Part shown: positions 18,937-29,977 of the stretch, in pieces
Layout: every line of letters starts with the position of its first letter
Numbering within the stretch: position 1 is the first letter of the stretch
Origin: Syntrophales bacterium
Lineage (GTDB): Bacteria > Desulfobacterota > Syntrophia > Syntrophales > PHBD01
Direction: 5' to 3'
Length of the DNA: 64,000 bases
Assembly: GCA_963668175.1 (NCBI GenBank)
Contig: OY764159.1
Coordinates: forward strand, 736,001-800,000
The notes under the pieces: generated by a model
Seen by the model: the letters and a program-made list of their open reading frames with translations, nothing else
Told to the model about the DNA's origin: nothing
Databases searched by the model: none
Program-made: the position numbers and the translations under genes

Positions 18937-20097
18937 TCAGGCCCGGCTTTTCAGGTGTTCCAGGCGTTGCCCGGCCTCGTGGAGCGTTTCCGTTTTTTTG
19001 GCGAAGTGGAGTCGGATGAGATGATTGACCGGTTCATGAAAGAAACTGGAACCGGGCACAGCGGCGACCCCGATTTCCCGCGCCATCCATTGGCAGAAAT
19101 CAATGTCGCTGCCCTTCCAGCCCAAGGCGGAGATATCGATCATGACGTAATAGGCCCCCTCGGGCTTCGTATATGTAAGCCCGGCGCGGTCCAGGTAGGA
19201 GAGGAAGACGTCGCGCCTTTGGGTGTAGCCGTCCCGGAGGTCTCGGTAGTACGAATCGCCGAATTCCAGGGCCGTCACGGCAGCCTCCTGCAAGGGCGCG
19301 GCCGCTCCGACGGTGAGAAAATCGTGTACTTTCCTGGCATTTTCGATGATCTCCCTTGACGCGATAACGTAACCCAGCCTCCAGCCGGTGATGGAATAGG
19401 TCTTGGACAGCGAGCTGCAGGACAGGGTCCTGGCGAACATGTTCGGCAAAGTCGCCATATAGGTGTGGCGGTGGGGCTCGTAAACGATATGTTCGTAGAC
19501 CTCGTCCGTAATGACGAAGGTGTCGTATTCCTGCGCGAGACGGGCGATCTGCTCAAGTTCGGAGCGGGTGAAGACCTTGCCCGAAGGATTGGACGGGTTG
19601 CATAGGACGATGGCCTTCGGCCGCTGCTCGAAGGCCTTCTTCAACTCTCCCGGGTCGAAGAGGAAATCCGGGGGATGAAGCGGAACGTAAATGGGCACGG
19701 CGCCTGTGAGGATTGTATCGGCGCCGTAATTCTCATAAAAAGGAGAGAAGATGATGACCCGCTCCCCGGGATTGCAAACAGTCATCATCGCCACCATCAT
19801 CGCTTCCGTGCTGCCGCACGTCACGACGATATGATCGTCGGGGTCGATTTCCATATCCATGAAACGGGATTGCTTCTTGGCCAGGGCCTGCCGGAATCGG
19901 GGAGCTCCCCACGTGATGGCGTATTGATGGGGGCCGGCGAGGGCCGTGCGCGCAGCAGCCTCCAGGAGTTCCCGAGGGGGATCGAAGTCCGGAAAACCCT
20001 GGGAGAGGTTGATGGCGCCCGTTTCGTTGGCGATCCTTGTCATCCAGCGAATAACGGACTCGGTGAAGCCGCTCAAGCGTCGGCTGATCGACGGCAT
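18937..20097 (-). CDS. PLP-dependent class I/II aminotransferase
   Basis: INLSQGFPD, NPSNPSG, DEVY and SKTYSITGWRLG. Confidence 0.92.
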   Translation of the reverse strand: MPSISRRLSGFTESVIRWMTRIANETGAINLSQGFPDFDPPRELLEAAARTALAGPHQYAITWGAPRFRQALAKKQSRFMDMEIDPDDHIVVTCGSTEAMMVAMMTVCNPGERVIIFSPFYENYGADTILTGAVPIYVPLHPPDFLFDPGELKKAFEQRPKAIVLCNPSNPSGKVFTRSELEQIARLAQEYDTFVITDEVYEHIVYEPHRHTYMATLPNMFARTLSCSSLSKTYSITGWRLGYVIASREIIENARKVHDFLTVGAAAPLQEAAVTALEFGDSYYRDLRDGYTQRRDVFLSYLDRAGLTYTKPEGAYYVMIDISALGWKGSDIDFCQWMAREIGVAAVPGSSFFHEPVNHLIRLHFAKKTETLHEAGQRLEHLKSRA

Positions 20098-20155
20098 AAT
20101 GCTATCCTTCGGGATGAAGACATTATGCGCAAGATATAAGGAACCCGACTTTTTG

Positions 20156-21829
20156 TCAATCCCGGAAGATGGCGCCCGTGCTGGCCGACGTTACCAGCTT
20201 GGCATACCTCGCCAGGTAACCGCTGGTGATCGGGGACTTGAAGGGTTTCAGGGCCTTTCTCCGCTTGGCCAGTTCCTCATTGCCGACCTGAAGGCTGATG
20301 GTCTTCTTGGGGATGTCGATACGGATCCGGTCGCCTTCCCGGATGAGGGCAATCGGACCCCCTTCGGCCGCCTCGGGCGAGATGTGGCCGATGGCGGCGC
20401 CGCGGGTCCCGCCGCTGAAGCGTCCGTCCGTGAGCAGGGCCACGGATTTGTCGAGGCCCATCCCCGCGATGGCTGACGTCGGCGAGAGCATCTCCCGCAT
20501 CCCGGGTCCGCCCTTCGGACCTTCGTACCGGATGACGACGATATCGCCGGCCTTGATCTTGCCGCCCAGGATGGCCTGGATCGCCTCATCCTCGGAGTCG
20601 AAAACGCGGGCCCGGCCTTCGTTGACGAGCATATCGGCGGCCACGGCCGACTGTTTGACGACGGCGCCGTTGGGGGCGAGGTTGCCCCGGAGAATGGCGA
20701 TGCCGCCTTCCTTGCTGTAAGGCTGGTCAAGGGGGCGGATCACGTCGGCATCGATCACCCGCGCCTTCTTGAGGTTCTCCCCGACGGTTTTTCCCGTTAC
20801 GGTCAGGGCATCCTGATCAATGACGCCCAAAGGCAGGATTGTCTTCATGACGCCGGGGATGCCGCCGGCCCCGTTCAGGTCTTCGAGATGGTGCTTGCCG
20901 GCGGGGCTGAGATGGCAGAGGTTGGGGGTCTTCTTGCTCAAGGAGTTGAAGAGATCGAGGTCGAGACGGATGCCCGCTTCATGGGCGACGGCCGGGATAT
21001 GCAGCACCGTATTGGTGGAGCAGCCGAGGGCCATATCGACGGCGATGGCATTCTTGAAGGCGGCCAGCGTGGCGATGTCCCGGGGCTTGATGTCTTTGCC
21101 GAGAAGCTCCATGACCTTCATGCCCGCCTCTTTGGCCAGCCGGCGCCGCGCCGCATCGACGGCGGGTATCGTCCCATTGCCCGGCAGTCCCAGACCCAGG
21201 GCCTCGGTCACGCAGTTCATGGAATTGGCCGTGAACATGCCGGAACAAGACCCGCAACCGGGGCAGGCGCAGTCTTCGAGGGCCTTCAGCGTGGCCTGCG
21301 TCATCCGCCGGGATTTGACCCCGCCGACGCCTTCAAAGACGCTGATGAGATCGACGGATTTACCCTGCAGGCGGCCCGACAGCATGGGGCCGCCGCTGAC
21401 GAATACGGAAGGGATGTTCAGGCGCATGGCCGCCATCAACATGCCGGGGATGATCTTGTCGCAATTGGGAATAAAGACGAGGGCATCGAAGGGATGAGCC
21501 GTGGCCATGACTTCGACGGAATCGGCGATGATCTCACGACTGGCGAGGGAGTACTTCATGCCCGTATGGCCCATGGCGATGCCGTCGCAGACGCCGATTA
21601 CGGGAAATTCCACAGGGGTTCCGCCGGCCATGCGGATTCCGGCCTTGACGTCGTCGGTGATGATGTCGAGATGGATATGGCCGGGAATGATCTCGTTGGC
21701 GGCATTAACGACGCCGATGATCGGCCGCGACAGTTCTTCATCGGTATACCCCATGGCCTTGAACAGGGATCTGTGGGGCGCCCGCTCCAAGCCCTTGGTC
21801 ATCAGGTCGCTACGACGGGTTTTTTTCAT
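20156..21829 (-). CDS. ilvD: dihydroxy-acid dehydratase
   Basis: [37 protein letters not shown] and TDGRFSG; ATG at 21829 after GGAGG. Confidence 0.96.
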   Translation of the reverse strand: MKKTRRSDLMTKGLERAPHRSLFKAMGYTDEELSRPIIGVVNAANEIIPGHIHLDIITDDVKAGIRMAGGTPVEFPVIGVCDGIAMGHTGMKYSLASREIIADSVEVMATAHPFDALVFIPNCDKIIPGMLMAAMRLNIPSVFVSGGPMLSGRLQGKSVDLISVFEGVGGVKSRRMTQATLKALEDCACPGCGSCSGMFTANSMNCVTEALGLGLPGNGTIPAVDAARRRLAKEAGMKVMELLGKDIKPRDIATLAAFKNAIAVDMALGCSTNTVLHIPAVAHEAGIRLDLDLFNSLSKKTPNLCHLSPAGKHHLEDLNGAGGIPGVMKTILPLGVIDQDALTVTGKTVGENLKKARVIDADVIRPLDQPYSKEGGIAILRGNLAPNGAVVKQSAVAADMLVNEGRARVFDSEDEAIQAILGGKIKAGDIVVIRYEGPKGGPGMREMLSPTSAIAGMGLDKSVALLTDGRFSGGTRGAAIGHISPEAAEGGPIALIREGDRIRIDIPKKTISLQVGNEELAKRRKALKPFKSPITSGYLARYAKLVTSASTGAIFRD

Positions 21830-21890
21830 GGTTTTACCTCCGGGCTGAACTGCCCTCATCTATGGCCGCATCACCAGAGACGGCCTTCGG

Positions 21891-22943
21891 TTATTTCTTC
21901 CTCATCTCCGGTCTCAGGGACCGCACGGCCGCACCGGCGCGCCACATCTCGGAATTTCTAATTTCCGCGAGTTCGCGGTCGAGGCGCTGCCTGTAATCGG
22001 GAGCGCTGTTGGCCTCCAGGACGACAGCCGTTTCCTTGCCGGAGACGACCCGTTCATAGAGCTCGTCGAATACCGGCGCCACGGCGTCGCGGAACTTGTT
22101 TTTCCAGTCAAGCGCCCCCCGCTGGGCCGTTGTACTGCAATTGGCATACATCCAGTCCATGCCGTTGTCGGCCACGAGACGGATCAGGCTCTGGGTCAAT
22201 TCCTCCACGGTTTCGTTGAAGGCCTCGCTGGGCGTATGGCCGTGCTTCCGCAGGAGATTGTACTGAGCCTCCATGACCCCGGCCAGGCAACCCATGAGGA
22301 CGCCGCGCTCGCCGGTCAGGTCGCTGTAGACCTCGTTCGCGAACGTCGTGGGGAAAAGATATCCCGAGCCGATGGCGATACCCAGGGCCAATGTCCTTTC
22401 CGCCGCTCGTCCCGTGAAATCCTGAAAGACGGCATAGCTGGAATTGATGCCGCTCCCTTCCAGGAAGTTGGTGCGGACGGTGCGCCCCGAACCTTTGGGG
22501 GCGACCAAGATGACGTCGACATTGGGCGGCGGGATGATCCCCGTCTGCTCTTTATAGACGATGGAGAATCCATGGGAGAAATAGAGGGCGTCTCCCGCTT
22601 TCAGGTGCGGTTTGATTGAAGGCCACAGGGCCTTCTGGCCGGCGTCGGAAAGGAGATACTGGATCACGGTGGCCCGTTCGGCCGCCTCCTCCAGGGGAAA
22701 GAGCGTTTTTCCCGGCACAAAGCCGTCTTCGACGGCCTTCTGCCAGCTTGCCGTGCCTTCTCTCTGGCCGACGATGACGCGAATGCCGTTGTCCCGCAGA
22801 TTCTTTGCCTGTCCCGGTCCCTGAACGCCGTAACCCAGGACGGCCACTGTTTCGTCTTTGAGGATATCCCGCGCTTTCTGCAGCGTGAATTCATCCGATG
22901 TCACGACGTCTTCCATGACGCCGCCAAAATCTATCTTTGCCAT
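21891..22943 (-). CDS. ilvC: ketol-acid reductoisomerase
   Basis: GYGVQGPGQ, FSHGF, VAPKGSG, SDLTGER, EAFNE and CSTTAQRG. Confidence 0.95.
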   Translation of the reverse strand: MAKIDFGGVMEDVVTSDEFTLQKARDILKDETVAVLGYGVQGPGQAKNLRDNGIRVIVGQREGTASWQKAVEDGFVPGKTLFPLEEAAERATVIQYLLSDAGQKALWPSIKPHLKAGDALYFSHGFSIVYKEQTGIIPPPNVDVILVAPKGSGRTVRTNFLEGSGINSSYAVFQDFTGRAAERTLALGIAIGSGYLFPTTFANEVYSDLTGERGVLMGCLAGVMEAQYNLLRKHGHTPSEAFNETVEELTQSLIRLVADNGMDWMYANCSTTAQRGALDWKNKFRDAVAPVFDELYERVVSGKETAVVLEANSAPDYRQRLDRELAEIRNSEMWRAGAAVRSLRPEMRKK

Positions 22944-22953
22944 TTTGTCCCCC

Positions 22954-23448
22954 TTATATCATTTTTCGCTTTTCCAGGGCCACCGTTCCGGTTCGCGAGT
23001 AATCGTCGATTCCCAGCGGTTCCAGCAGGGATAACGCCCTGTCAATATCATCTTTTGCGCCTGTAATTTCAAGTGTAAAGTAACCGTTGTCCAGTCTGAC
23101 GATGCGCCAGTTGTATGTGTTGACGATTTTCATCAGCGCTTCTTTCTGATCGTCCTTGATGTTCATGCGGATCAGGAGCATTTCCCGTTTGGCGGCCTCT
23201 TTTCCCGTCAGATCGTCCACGTGCATGATGTCGATGAGCCGGTCCAGCTGCTTCATGAGCTTTTCCACCGTCGCCTTGTTGCCGATGGTCGTGATGATAA
23301 TCCTCGTCACCTCCGGGTTGATCGTGATATTGGCCGAGATGGATTCGATGTTGAACCCCCTGCCGCTGAACGTACCCGCGATGCGTGCCAGGACATCCGG
23401 TTTATTCCGGACCAGCATGGAAATCGTGTTTTCGCGTACTTTTGTCAT
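22954..23448 (-). CDS. ilvN: acetolactate synthase small (regulatory) subunit
   Basis: ACT domain N.P.VL.RI.G.FS.RGFNIES, RE.LLI and RTG.VAL. Confidence 0.9.
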   Translation of the reverse strand: MTKVRENTISMLVRNKPDVLARIAGTFSGRGFNIESISANITINPEVTRIIITTIGNKATVEKLMKQLDRLIDIMHVDDLTGKEAAKREMLLIRMNIKDDQKEALMKIVNTYNWRIVRLDNGYFTLEITGAKDDIDRALSLLEPLGIDDYSRTGTVALEKRKMI

Positions 23449-23579
23449 ATACCCTGTCTCCCGATCTCTTGATAATTGCCGACGGTTCCCTGGAGGGACC
23501 GTCCCGTTTCCGTGGTGCTGTTTTTTATTCTTCGGCGTATCTTTTCTCCACCGGCTTCTCTCGCGGTGGTATCCTATGG

Positions 23580-25316
23580 CTAGTTAAAACTTCTGGCGCC
23601 CGGATCTTCTTTGCCGTTCAATTTCGCGGCGTCCGGACCCAATTCCATATCCGTAATCGGGGCCCCCGGCTTTACCATGGGATAGACGCACTCTTCCGGA
23701 CAGACCTGAAAATCCGCTACTACAACGCCGGGCGTTTCTATGACTTTCCTCAAGACCTGGTCAACTTCCTCGGGACGAGTGGCCCGCAGTCCCGTCGCGC
23801 CGTAGGCTTCGGCGAGCTTCACAAAATCGGGTGCCCCCGTCATGTTTGTGTGGGAGTACCGTTTTCCGTAAAAGAGCTGCTGCCACTGACGGACCATGCC
23901 GAGGAAGCGGTTGTTCAGGATGACGATTTTCACGGGGATATTATAGAATACGGCCGTGGCCAGTTCCTGAATGTTCATCTGGATACTGCCGTCACCGGCG
24001 ATGTCCACGACGAGTTGATCCGGACAGGCCACCTGGGCCCCGATAGCCGCCGGGAAACCGTACCCCATGGTTCCCAGGCCGCCTGACGAGAGGAATGTAT
24101 GAGGTTGATCAAAGCGATAGAACTGGGCCGCCCACATCTGATTCTGTCCGACTTCCGTCGTGATGATCGCCTTGCCCCTGGTCAGCTCGTAAAGCTTTTC
24201 GATAACGCACTGGGGTTTGATACCCGGTTCGTTGCAATAGGCCAGGGGAACATCCTTTTTCCATTGGTTGACCTGATCCAGCCAGGCCTTGGTCTGCCGC
24301 CTGGGAATATTCAGCCCCTTCCGTTCAATGGCCTCGTTCAGTTTGGCAAGGGCCGTTTTGGCGTCGCTCACGATAAAGAGATGGGAGCGGATGATTCTGT
24401 CGATGGACACGGGATCGATGTCGATATGGACGATTTGCGCGTTCGGCGCAAACGCATCCACTTTGGATGTGACCCGGTCGTCGAAGCGTACGCCGATAGC
24501 GACCATGAGATCGCAGTTGCTTAGCGCCATGTTGGCGTAATAGGTGCCGTGCATTCCCGGCATGCCGAGCCAGAGATCGTCCGTTCCGGGGAAGGCGCCC
24601 AGGCCCATGAGCGTCGACGTCACAGGCATGTTCACCCGTTTGGCAAATGTGCGCAGCTCTTCGGATGCCCGGCTGAGCAGGACACCGCCGCCGGTAAAGA
24701 TGATGGGACGCTCCGCCTTGCGGATCAGCTCCAGGACCTGATCGATCTGCGCGTCCGTAGGTACCGGAGGCTCCATATTGAGATCGATATCGAAGGAGAC
24801 ATCGGCCTCTTCCATGGTGGCTACCGTGACGTCTCTCGGCAGGTCTACAAGGACCGGCCCCGGACGTCCCGACCGGGCGATATGGAAGGCCTCGCTGATC
24901 GTCCTGGCAAGGTCCTCGACCTTGCGGACCAGAAAGTTATGCTTGCTGCAGGGCCTGGTGATGCCGGTGATGTCGACTTCCTGGAAGGCGTCGTTGCCGA
25001 TCAGGGTGGTAGGGACCTGCCCCGTAAACACAACGACGGGAATGGAGTCCATATAGGCATTGGCGATTCCCGTAACGGTATTGGTGGCCCCGGGGCCCGA
25101 AGTGACCAGGCAGACGCCGACTTTACCCGATGCACGGGCATAACCGTCGGCGGCGTGGATGGCCCCCTGTTCGTGCCGGACCAGAATATGGCGTATGGAC
25201 TGCCGGCACATCTCGTCGTAAATGCCGAGGACGACGCCGCCCGGATATCCAAAAATCGTGTCAACGCCTTCCCTTTTCAGGGCTTCGAAGAAAATCTGTG
25301 CTCCCGTCAACGTCAT
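23580..25316 (-). CDS. ilvB: acetolactate synthase large subunit
   Basis: FGYPGG, RHEQGA, TSGPGATN, RFDDRV and GDGS..MN.QEL. Confidence 0.96.
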   Translation of the reverse strand: MTLTGAQIFFEALKREGVDTIFGYPGGVVLGIYDEMCRQSIRHILVRHEQGAIHAADGYARASGKVGVCLVTSGPGATNTVTGIANAYMDSIPVVVFTGQVPTTLIGNDAFQEVDITGITRPCSKHNFLVRKVEDLARTISEAFHIARSGRPGPVLVDLPRDVTVATMEEADVSFDIDLNMEPPVPTDAQIDQVLELIRKAERPIIFTGGGVLLSRASEELRTFAKRVNMPVTSTLMGLGAFPGTDDLWLGMPGMHGTYYANMALSNCDLMVAIGVRFDDRVTSKVDAFAPNAQIVHIDIDPVSIDRIIRSHLFIVSDAKTALAKLNEAIERKGLNIPRRQTKAWLDQVNQWKKDVPLAYCNEPGIKPQCVIEKLYELTRGKAIITTEVGQNQMWAAQFYRFDQPHTFLSSGGLGTMGYGFPAAIGAQVACPDQLVVDIAGDGSIQMNIQELATAVFYNIPVKIVILNNRFLGMVRQWQQLFYGKRYSHTNMTGAPDFVKLAEAYGATGLRATRPEEVDQVLRKVIETPGVVVADFQVCPEECVYPMVKPGAPITDMELGPDAAKLNGKEDPGARSFN

Positions 25317-25425
25317 GTCACACCCCCTCTATCGTTGCTGCATATTCAGTCATCATGATGACCGGATCGGTAAACGCGACGAACAGGTTTCCGCCCGGTA
25401 CGAATCGTTTCATGAAAAAAACGGC

Positions 25426-25462
25426 AAAAAAAAACCGTTACCATCGGCTGGTAACGGTTTTT
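25426..25462 (-). terminator. attenuator terminator of the ilv operon
   Basis: Minus strand AAAAACCGTTACCA-gccga-TGGTAACGG followed by 9 T. Confidence 0.85.
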
Positions 25463-25489
25463 CTGTTTATGCCATTTAGGAGTAAACCA

Positions 25490-25570
25490 TCACCCAGCCC
25501 CTGAGATGTCAGGGATAATTATGCCTACGATAATTATGGCGATGTTTACTTTACGTTTGCAATAACCCAT
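25490..25570 (-). CDS. ilv operon leader peptide MGYCKRKVNIAIIIVGIIIPDISGAG
   Basis: 26-codon ORF translated by hand; dense run of Ile/Val codons directly upstream of the antiterminator and terminator. Confidence 0.82.
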   Translation of the reverse strand: MGYCKRKVNIAIIIVGIIIPDISGAG

Positions 25571-25670
25571 AAAAACGAATCCAATTGTCTGTACCGGACT
25601 CCCTTAGCAATGTCGCCGGACATTGTCAAGGAGATTTTCGTCTTTCCTCTTAATCGGAATCAATCCGGCA

Positions 25671-26597
25671 TCATGTCTCGCCGCCGGTCGGCCCGAAAGG
25701 CATTTCTTTTTCGAAATCGGGAACCAGGTTGTTGTCGTCGACATCCTGGCAGAATATCGTTTCGAAGCCAAGGTCCAGGGCAAACCGGACGACCCGGTCG
25801 TACTCGTCGGAGCTGATCCTGCGTCCCAGTTGCGGGTGATGCCGTTGGGACGCCATGGGGGTGTACTGGGACATAATGCTCAGAGGCACCGTGGTGGCAA
25901 TGTGTTTCCTGATAAGCGTGAGGACATCGAAACTGTTTGCGATCATGTCCGGCAGGATAAGATGGCGGATGATGATGCCTCGTTTGGCAATATCGTCGAC
26001 CGTTTCAAGTTTGTCCCCGACCTGTCGCACCATTTCCCCGATGGACGCCAAGGCGTAGCGGACGTAATCTTGAGCACCCGAGAGCGATTCCGCCAGACGC
26101 CCATCCGCATACTTGAAATCGGGCATGTAGATGTCCACCCTGTTTTCCAGGAGTTTCACGATTTCCGGGTCTTCGTAACCCCCGCAATTATAAACCAGCG
26201 GGACAGTAAGCCCGCGGCTCCGTGCCTCGCTCAGCGCCTCCATGACCTGAGGCATCTGGGGCGTAGGGGTGACCAGTTCGATATTGTGGCAGCCCTGTTC
26301 CTGCAGGGCGAGCATGATGCCGCTCAAGGCTTCGGGGTCGATTCGCTTTCCGACGGCATGGTGGCTGATCTGGTGATTCTGGCAATAGATGCATCTTAAG
26401 TTGCAGGACGACAGAAAGATGGTTCCGGCACCCGCTGTTCCGGAGATGGGCGGTTCTTCGCCGTGATGAAGGACTGCGCAATGAATCAGGATGTCATCGG
26501 CAAGGCCGCAAAAGCCCGTCTCTCCCTTCGTTCTGTCCACACGGCAGTGTCGGGGGCAGAGTCGGCAGCGGGAAAGGAGATCGGATAAATGACGCAT
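25671..26597 (-). CDS. radical SAM protein, PflX-like
   Basis: CRLCPRHC, H.GEEPPISG..GAGTIF, CNLRCIYC, YMPDFKY and RHLILP. Confidence 0.88.
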   Translation of the reverse strand: MRHLSDLLSRCRLCPRHCRVDRTKGETGFCGLADDILIHCAVLHHGEEPPISGTAGAGTIFLSSCNLRCIYCQNHQISHHAVGKRIDPEALSGIMLALQEQGCHNIELVTPTPQMPQVMEALSEARSRGLTVPLVYNCGGYEDPEIVKLLENRVDIYMPDFKYADGRLAESLSGAQDYVRYALASIGEMVRQVGDKLETVDDIAKRGIIIRHLILPDMIANSFDVLTLIRKHIATTVPLSIMSQYTPMASQRHHPQLGRRISSDEYDRVVRFALDLGFETIFCQDVDDNNLVPDFEKEMPFGPTGGET

Positions 26598-26635
26598 GTT
26601 ACGTATATAGGCAAGGATTGAAGCGGTCTCCGGAC

Positions 26636-27703
26636 TCAGAGCCGTTCCACAAGGTGGCGGATTTTGCCGCTTTCAACACACTCCAGAAACTCAACGCCGA
26701 AATGGGCGGAGAGTTTCACCGCCTGGGTCCAGTTCTTGATGCGCGTGGCCGGGTCATCGATGAAGGTCACGATGTCGTCCCTGTCCGGGACCTTCTCTCC
26801 CGGTAACCGGCTGATGAAGGGTTCCGAGGGGTAGATCATGAGGACGTTGTCCATACTGTCTTCCGGCGGGCGGCGTTTTTTCAGCCGTTTATCGAGCCAG
26901 CCGGGGATGATGCGCTCCTGGTGGTGGAAGAACAGAGTGATCTCGTCAAGCTTCTGCGTGTAGTTGTTGGATATGTTGTAGTCTATGAGGCCGCCGTCCC
27001 GGTAGATGCCTTTCGGCGCCCCATAGATGTCCCGAACGCCCGAGACCAAGAGGGGAATCGCCCCCGAGGCCGTAACCGCCGCTTTAAAATTGGTTTGGTT
27101 GAGGGCGATATAACGCCCCCGGAATTCCGGCTTAAAGCAGAAATAGGGGGGTTTGGCCCCGTTGTAAAAGACGATCCGTTCGGCAAAGCGATAGAGGTTG
27201 GAACGGCTTGCCGCGTTCAAGAGGAAGCAGAGACCCAGGCCCAGCCGCTGCAGCCATCCCACTTCCGATGCCAGGAGATTCTTGGCCCTGGCCGTTATGA
27301 TACCGAGACGGAAGTGGTTGTTCGTAAGGGCGAAGGGGATGGCGTCGTCTTCGATGTAAGCGTTGATGATCCCTTCCAGGGTGCGCAGGATGGTGGCCGG
27401 CTTGTCTTTTCTGCTGTAGGACGCACTGATGTACGCCTCGATCAGGGAGCGATAACTTTTCTCCGGTTCCGGCTGCATCAAGGCGGCGAGGCGCCAGGCG
27501 CCGGCGGAGGCCCCGATGAGCCAGACCAGGTTGGAACGTCCGAGGACGCCGTATTTGATCAGCGCCAGATCGAACCCGCTGCTGATCAGCCAGCGTGGAC
27601 CGACGGCCGGCGCGAAGTAGGTCCGCACGCGGTCCATGGTAAATCCGCCGTCCCGGATAATTTCGTAGGCGCGTTTTCCGGCCCGTATGTGCAGGTCGTC
27701 CAT
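26636..27703 (-). CDS. patatin-like phospholipase family protein
   Basis: GASAG nucleophile elbow, ASGAIP and DGG motifs. Confidence 0.75.
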   Translation of the reverse strand: MDDLHIRAGKRAYEIIRDGGFTMDRVRTYFAPAVGPRWLISSGFDLALIKYGVLGRSNLVWLIGASAGAWRLAALMQPEPEKSYRSLIEAYISASYSRKDKPATILRTLEGIINAYIEDDAIPFALTNNHFRLGIITARAKNLLASEVGWLQRLGLGLCFLLNAASRSNLYRFAERIVFYNGAKPPYFCFKPEFRGRYIALNQTNFKAAVTASGAIPLLVSGVRDIYGAPKGIYRDGGLIDYNISNNYTQKLDEITLFFHHQERIIPGWLDKRLKKRRPPEDSMDNVLMIYPSEPFISRLPGEKVPDRDDIVTFIDDPATRIKNWTQAVKLSAHFGVEFLECVESGKIRHLVERL

Positions 27704-28004
27704 ATGATTAAGTCGTTTGTACGGCTATCCGCTTCAAGCGAAGATGGCTTCTCCCGGAACGATAACCTTGCCACACCACAGTTTTAAAATATCCTCAAGT
27801 TTCCCGATTGACCTTGACACAAAACAGTGCATTTTGTACAGTGCCAATGTCGAGAATCTTTAATAACAATGCCGCCGACACATGTCTTGCATCGTCAAGA
27901 TGGCGGTTCATACACAAACACGGCGGGCTTTGTCAATCTCAATTGTTAAGCGGCCGTCGCGGCCCGCACATGATGGCCGGCGGAGTGAAAGAAAAGGATC
28001 GAGC

Positions 28005-29261
28005 GTGGACATCAAGAAAGAAGTCATCGAAATTGCGAAAAATGCCCGCCAGGCGGCGGGTATACTCTCCCGTCTATCTGCCGATGTGAAGAACGAGGCA
28101 TTGCGGCACATGGCGGACGCGCTCGTCCGCCACACAACTTTCCTGTTGGCCGAAAACGTCAAAGATACGGAACGCGCCGCGGCGTCGGGCCTCCCTGCGG
28201 CCATGATCGACCGGTTGACCCTGAAGCAAGAGACGATAGAGATGATCGCCAAGGGATTGGTTGAAGTTGCCGACCTGCCCGATCCCGTAGGGAAGGTGAC
28301 TTCCATGTGGCGGAGGCCCAATGGCCTCCTTGTCGGCAGGATGCAGATACCGCTTGGTGTCATCGGTATTATTTACGAATCCCGTCCGAACGTGACGGCC
28401 GATGCCGCCGCACTCTGCCTCAAATCGGGCAATGCCGTCATCCTGAGGGGCGGCTCGGAGGCGATTCATTCCAATGTGGCCATAGCCAAAATTCTTCAGG
28501 ACGTTCTCAAGAAGCTGGATATGCCGGTTGCGGCCATCCAGGTCATCCCCGTGACCGAGCGGGAGGCCGTCTACGAGATGCTGCAACTGGAGGAGTACAT
28601 CGATTTGATCATCCCCAGAGGCGGCGAAGATCTGATCAGGGCGGTCGTGAACCAGTCCAAGATACCCGTGATCAAACATTATAAAGGTGTCTGCCATATC
28701 TTCGTCGATGCCAGCGCCGATCTCGACATGGCTTACGGTATCTGCCTGAATGCGAAAGTCCAGCGTCCCGGCGTCTGCAACGCCATGGAGACGCTCCTCG
28801 TTCATAAAGATGTGGCGCCCCGTTTCCTGCCGGCGATGGCGCGGAAGTTCAAGGATGCAGGAGTCGTCCTGAAAGGCTGCCCGGCCGCACGGAAGATCCT
28901 GCCGGAGGTCGAAGAAGCCGCCGAAGAAGACTGGCCTAGGGAATATCTGGATCTGATCCTCTCCGTCCGGGTCGTTTCCGGCATCGAGGAGGCCATGGCT
29001 CATATAGAAAAATACGGATCGCTTCATACGGAAGCGATCCTGACCAGCGACTATGCTAATGCTCAGCGATTTTTGAACGAGGTTAATTCTTCGACCGTAT
29101 TGGTGAACGCCTCGACACGGTTCAGCGACGGTTTTGAATTGGGACTGGGGGCGGAAATCGGTATCAGCACGACCAAGCTTCATGCCTTTGGTCCCATGGG
29201 CCTGGAAGAATTGACTACCAGGAAATTTATCATCTACGGAAACGGACAGGTGCGCGTATGA
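28005..29261 (+). CDS. proA: glutamate-5-semialdehyde dehydrogenase (GTG start at 28005)
   Basis: [31 protein letters not shown] and [23 protein letters not shown]. Confidence 0.96.
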   Translation: MDIKKEVIEIAKNARQAAGILSRLSADVKNEALRHMADALVRHTTFLLAENVKDTERAAASGLPAAMIDRLTLKQETIEMIAKGLVEVADLPDPVGKVTSMWRRPNGLLVGRMQIPLGVIGIIYESRPNVTADAAALCLKSGNAVILRGGSEAIHSNVAIAKILQDVLKKLDMPVAAIQVIPVTEREAVYEMLQLEEYIDLIIPRGGEDLIRAVVNQSKIPVIKHYKGVCHIFVDASADLDMAYGICLNAKVQRPGVCNAMETLLVHKDVAPRFLPAMARKFKDAGVVLKGCPAARKILPEVEEAAEEDWPREYLDLILSVRVVSGIEEAMAHIEKYGSLHTEAILTSDYANAQRFLNEVNSSTVLVNASTRFSDGFELGLGAEIGISTTKLHAFGPMGLEELTTRKFIIYGNGQVRV

Positions 29262-29905
29262 AATGGGGTTTGTTGGGTGGAACGTTTGATCCGCTGCATA
29301 TCGGACATTTGCGGTGTGCGGTGGAGGTACTGGAAATTTTTAATTTAAATCGGATCCTCTTTCTGCCGGCCGCCAGGCCGCCCCATAAACTGGATGCCGA
29401 TATCACCTCGTTTTTCCACCGGGAACAGATGATCCGGTCGGCCATTGAAGGGAATCCCTCCTTCTCCTTTTGCGATGTCGAAAACCAGCGGGCGACGACT
29501 TCCTATTCGGTAGAAACCGTGGAGCATATCCTGAAGACGTACATGGAAAACCTGGAACTATACTTCATTCTGGGTCAGGATGCCTTTCATGCCATTCAGA
29601 CGTGGAAAGACTGGGAGAGATTGCTCTTGATGTGCAATTTTGTCGTCATGACGCGACCGGGGTATGAAAACAAGGGCCTTTCCGCCATCCTCCCCGCCGA
29701 ATTTGCATCCCGGTTCCATTACGACCAGGCGAGCAACGGATTCAAAGGGCCGACCAATCATACGATTTTCTTCCGGGAAGTCACTTTTCTCGACATTTCC
29801 TCGAGCGATATCCGGAAAAGGGCCAGAGAGGGCAAATCCATCGCCTACCTGGTGCCGGACGGCGTGAGGCACTATATCGCGAAGAATATGCTCTATAAAG
29901 ACTGA
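29258..29905 (+). CDS. nadD: nicotinate-nucleotide adenylyltransferase
   Basis: [21 protein letters not shown] and ISSSDIR; proA-nadD synteny. Confidence 0.94.
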   Translation: MKWGLLGGTFDPLHIGHLRCAVEVLEIFNLNRILFLPAARPPHKLDADITSFFHREQMIRSAIEGNPSFSFCDVENQRATTSYSVETVEHILKTYMENLELYFILGQDAFHAIQTWKDWERLLLMCNFVVMTRPGYENKGLSAILPAEFASRFHYDQASNGFKGPTNHTIFFREVTFLDISSSDIRKRAREGKSIAYLVPDGVRHYIAKNMLYKD

Positions 29906-29977
29906 TTATTGATTTGCCTGCGGCGTCAAGGGTGTGCGTCGCGGAAGCTGCAAAAAATTCATTTTCCGAGGTCAACT

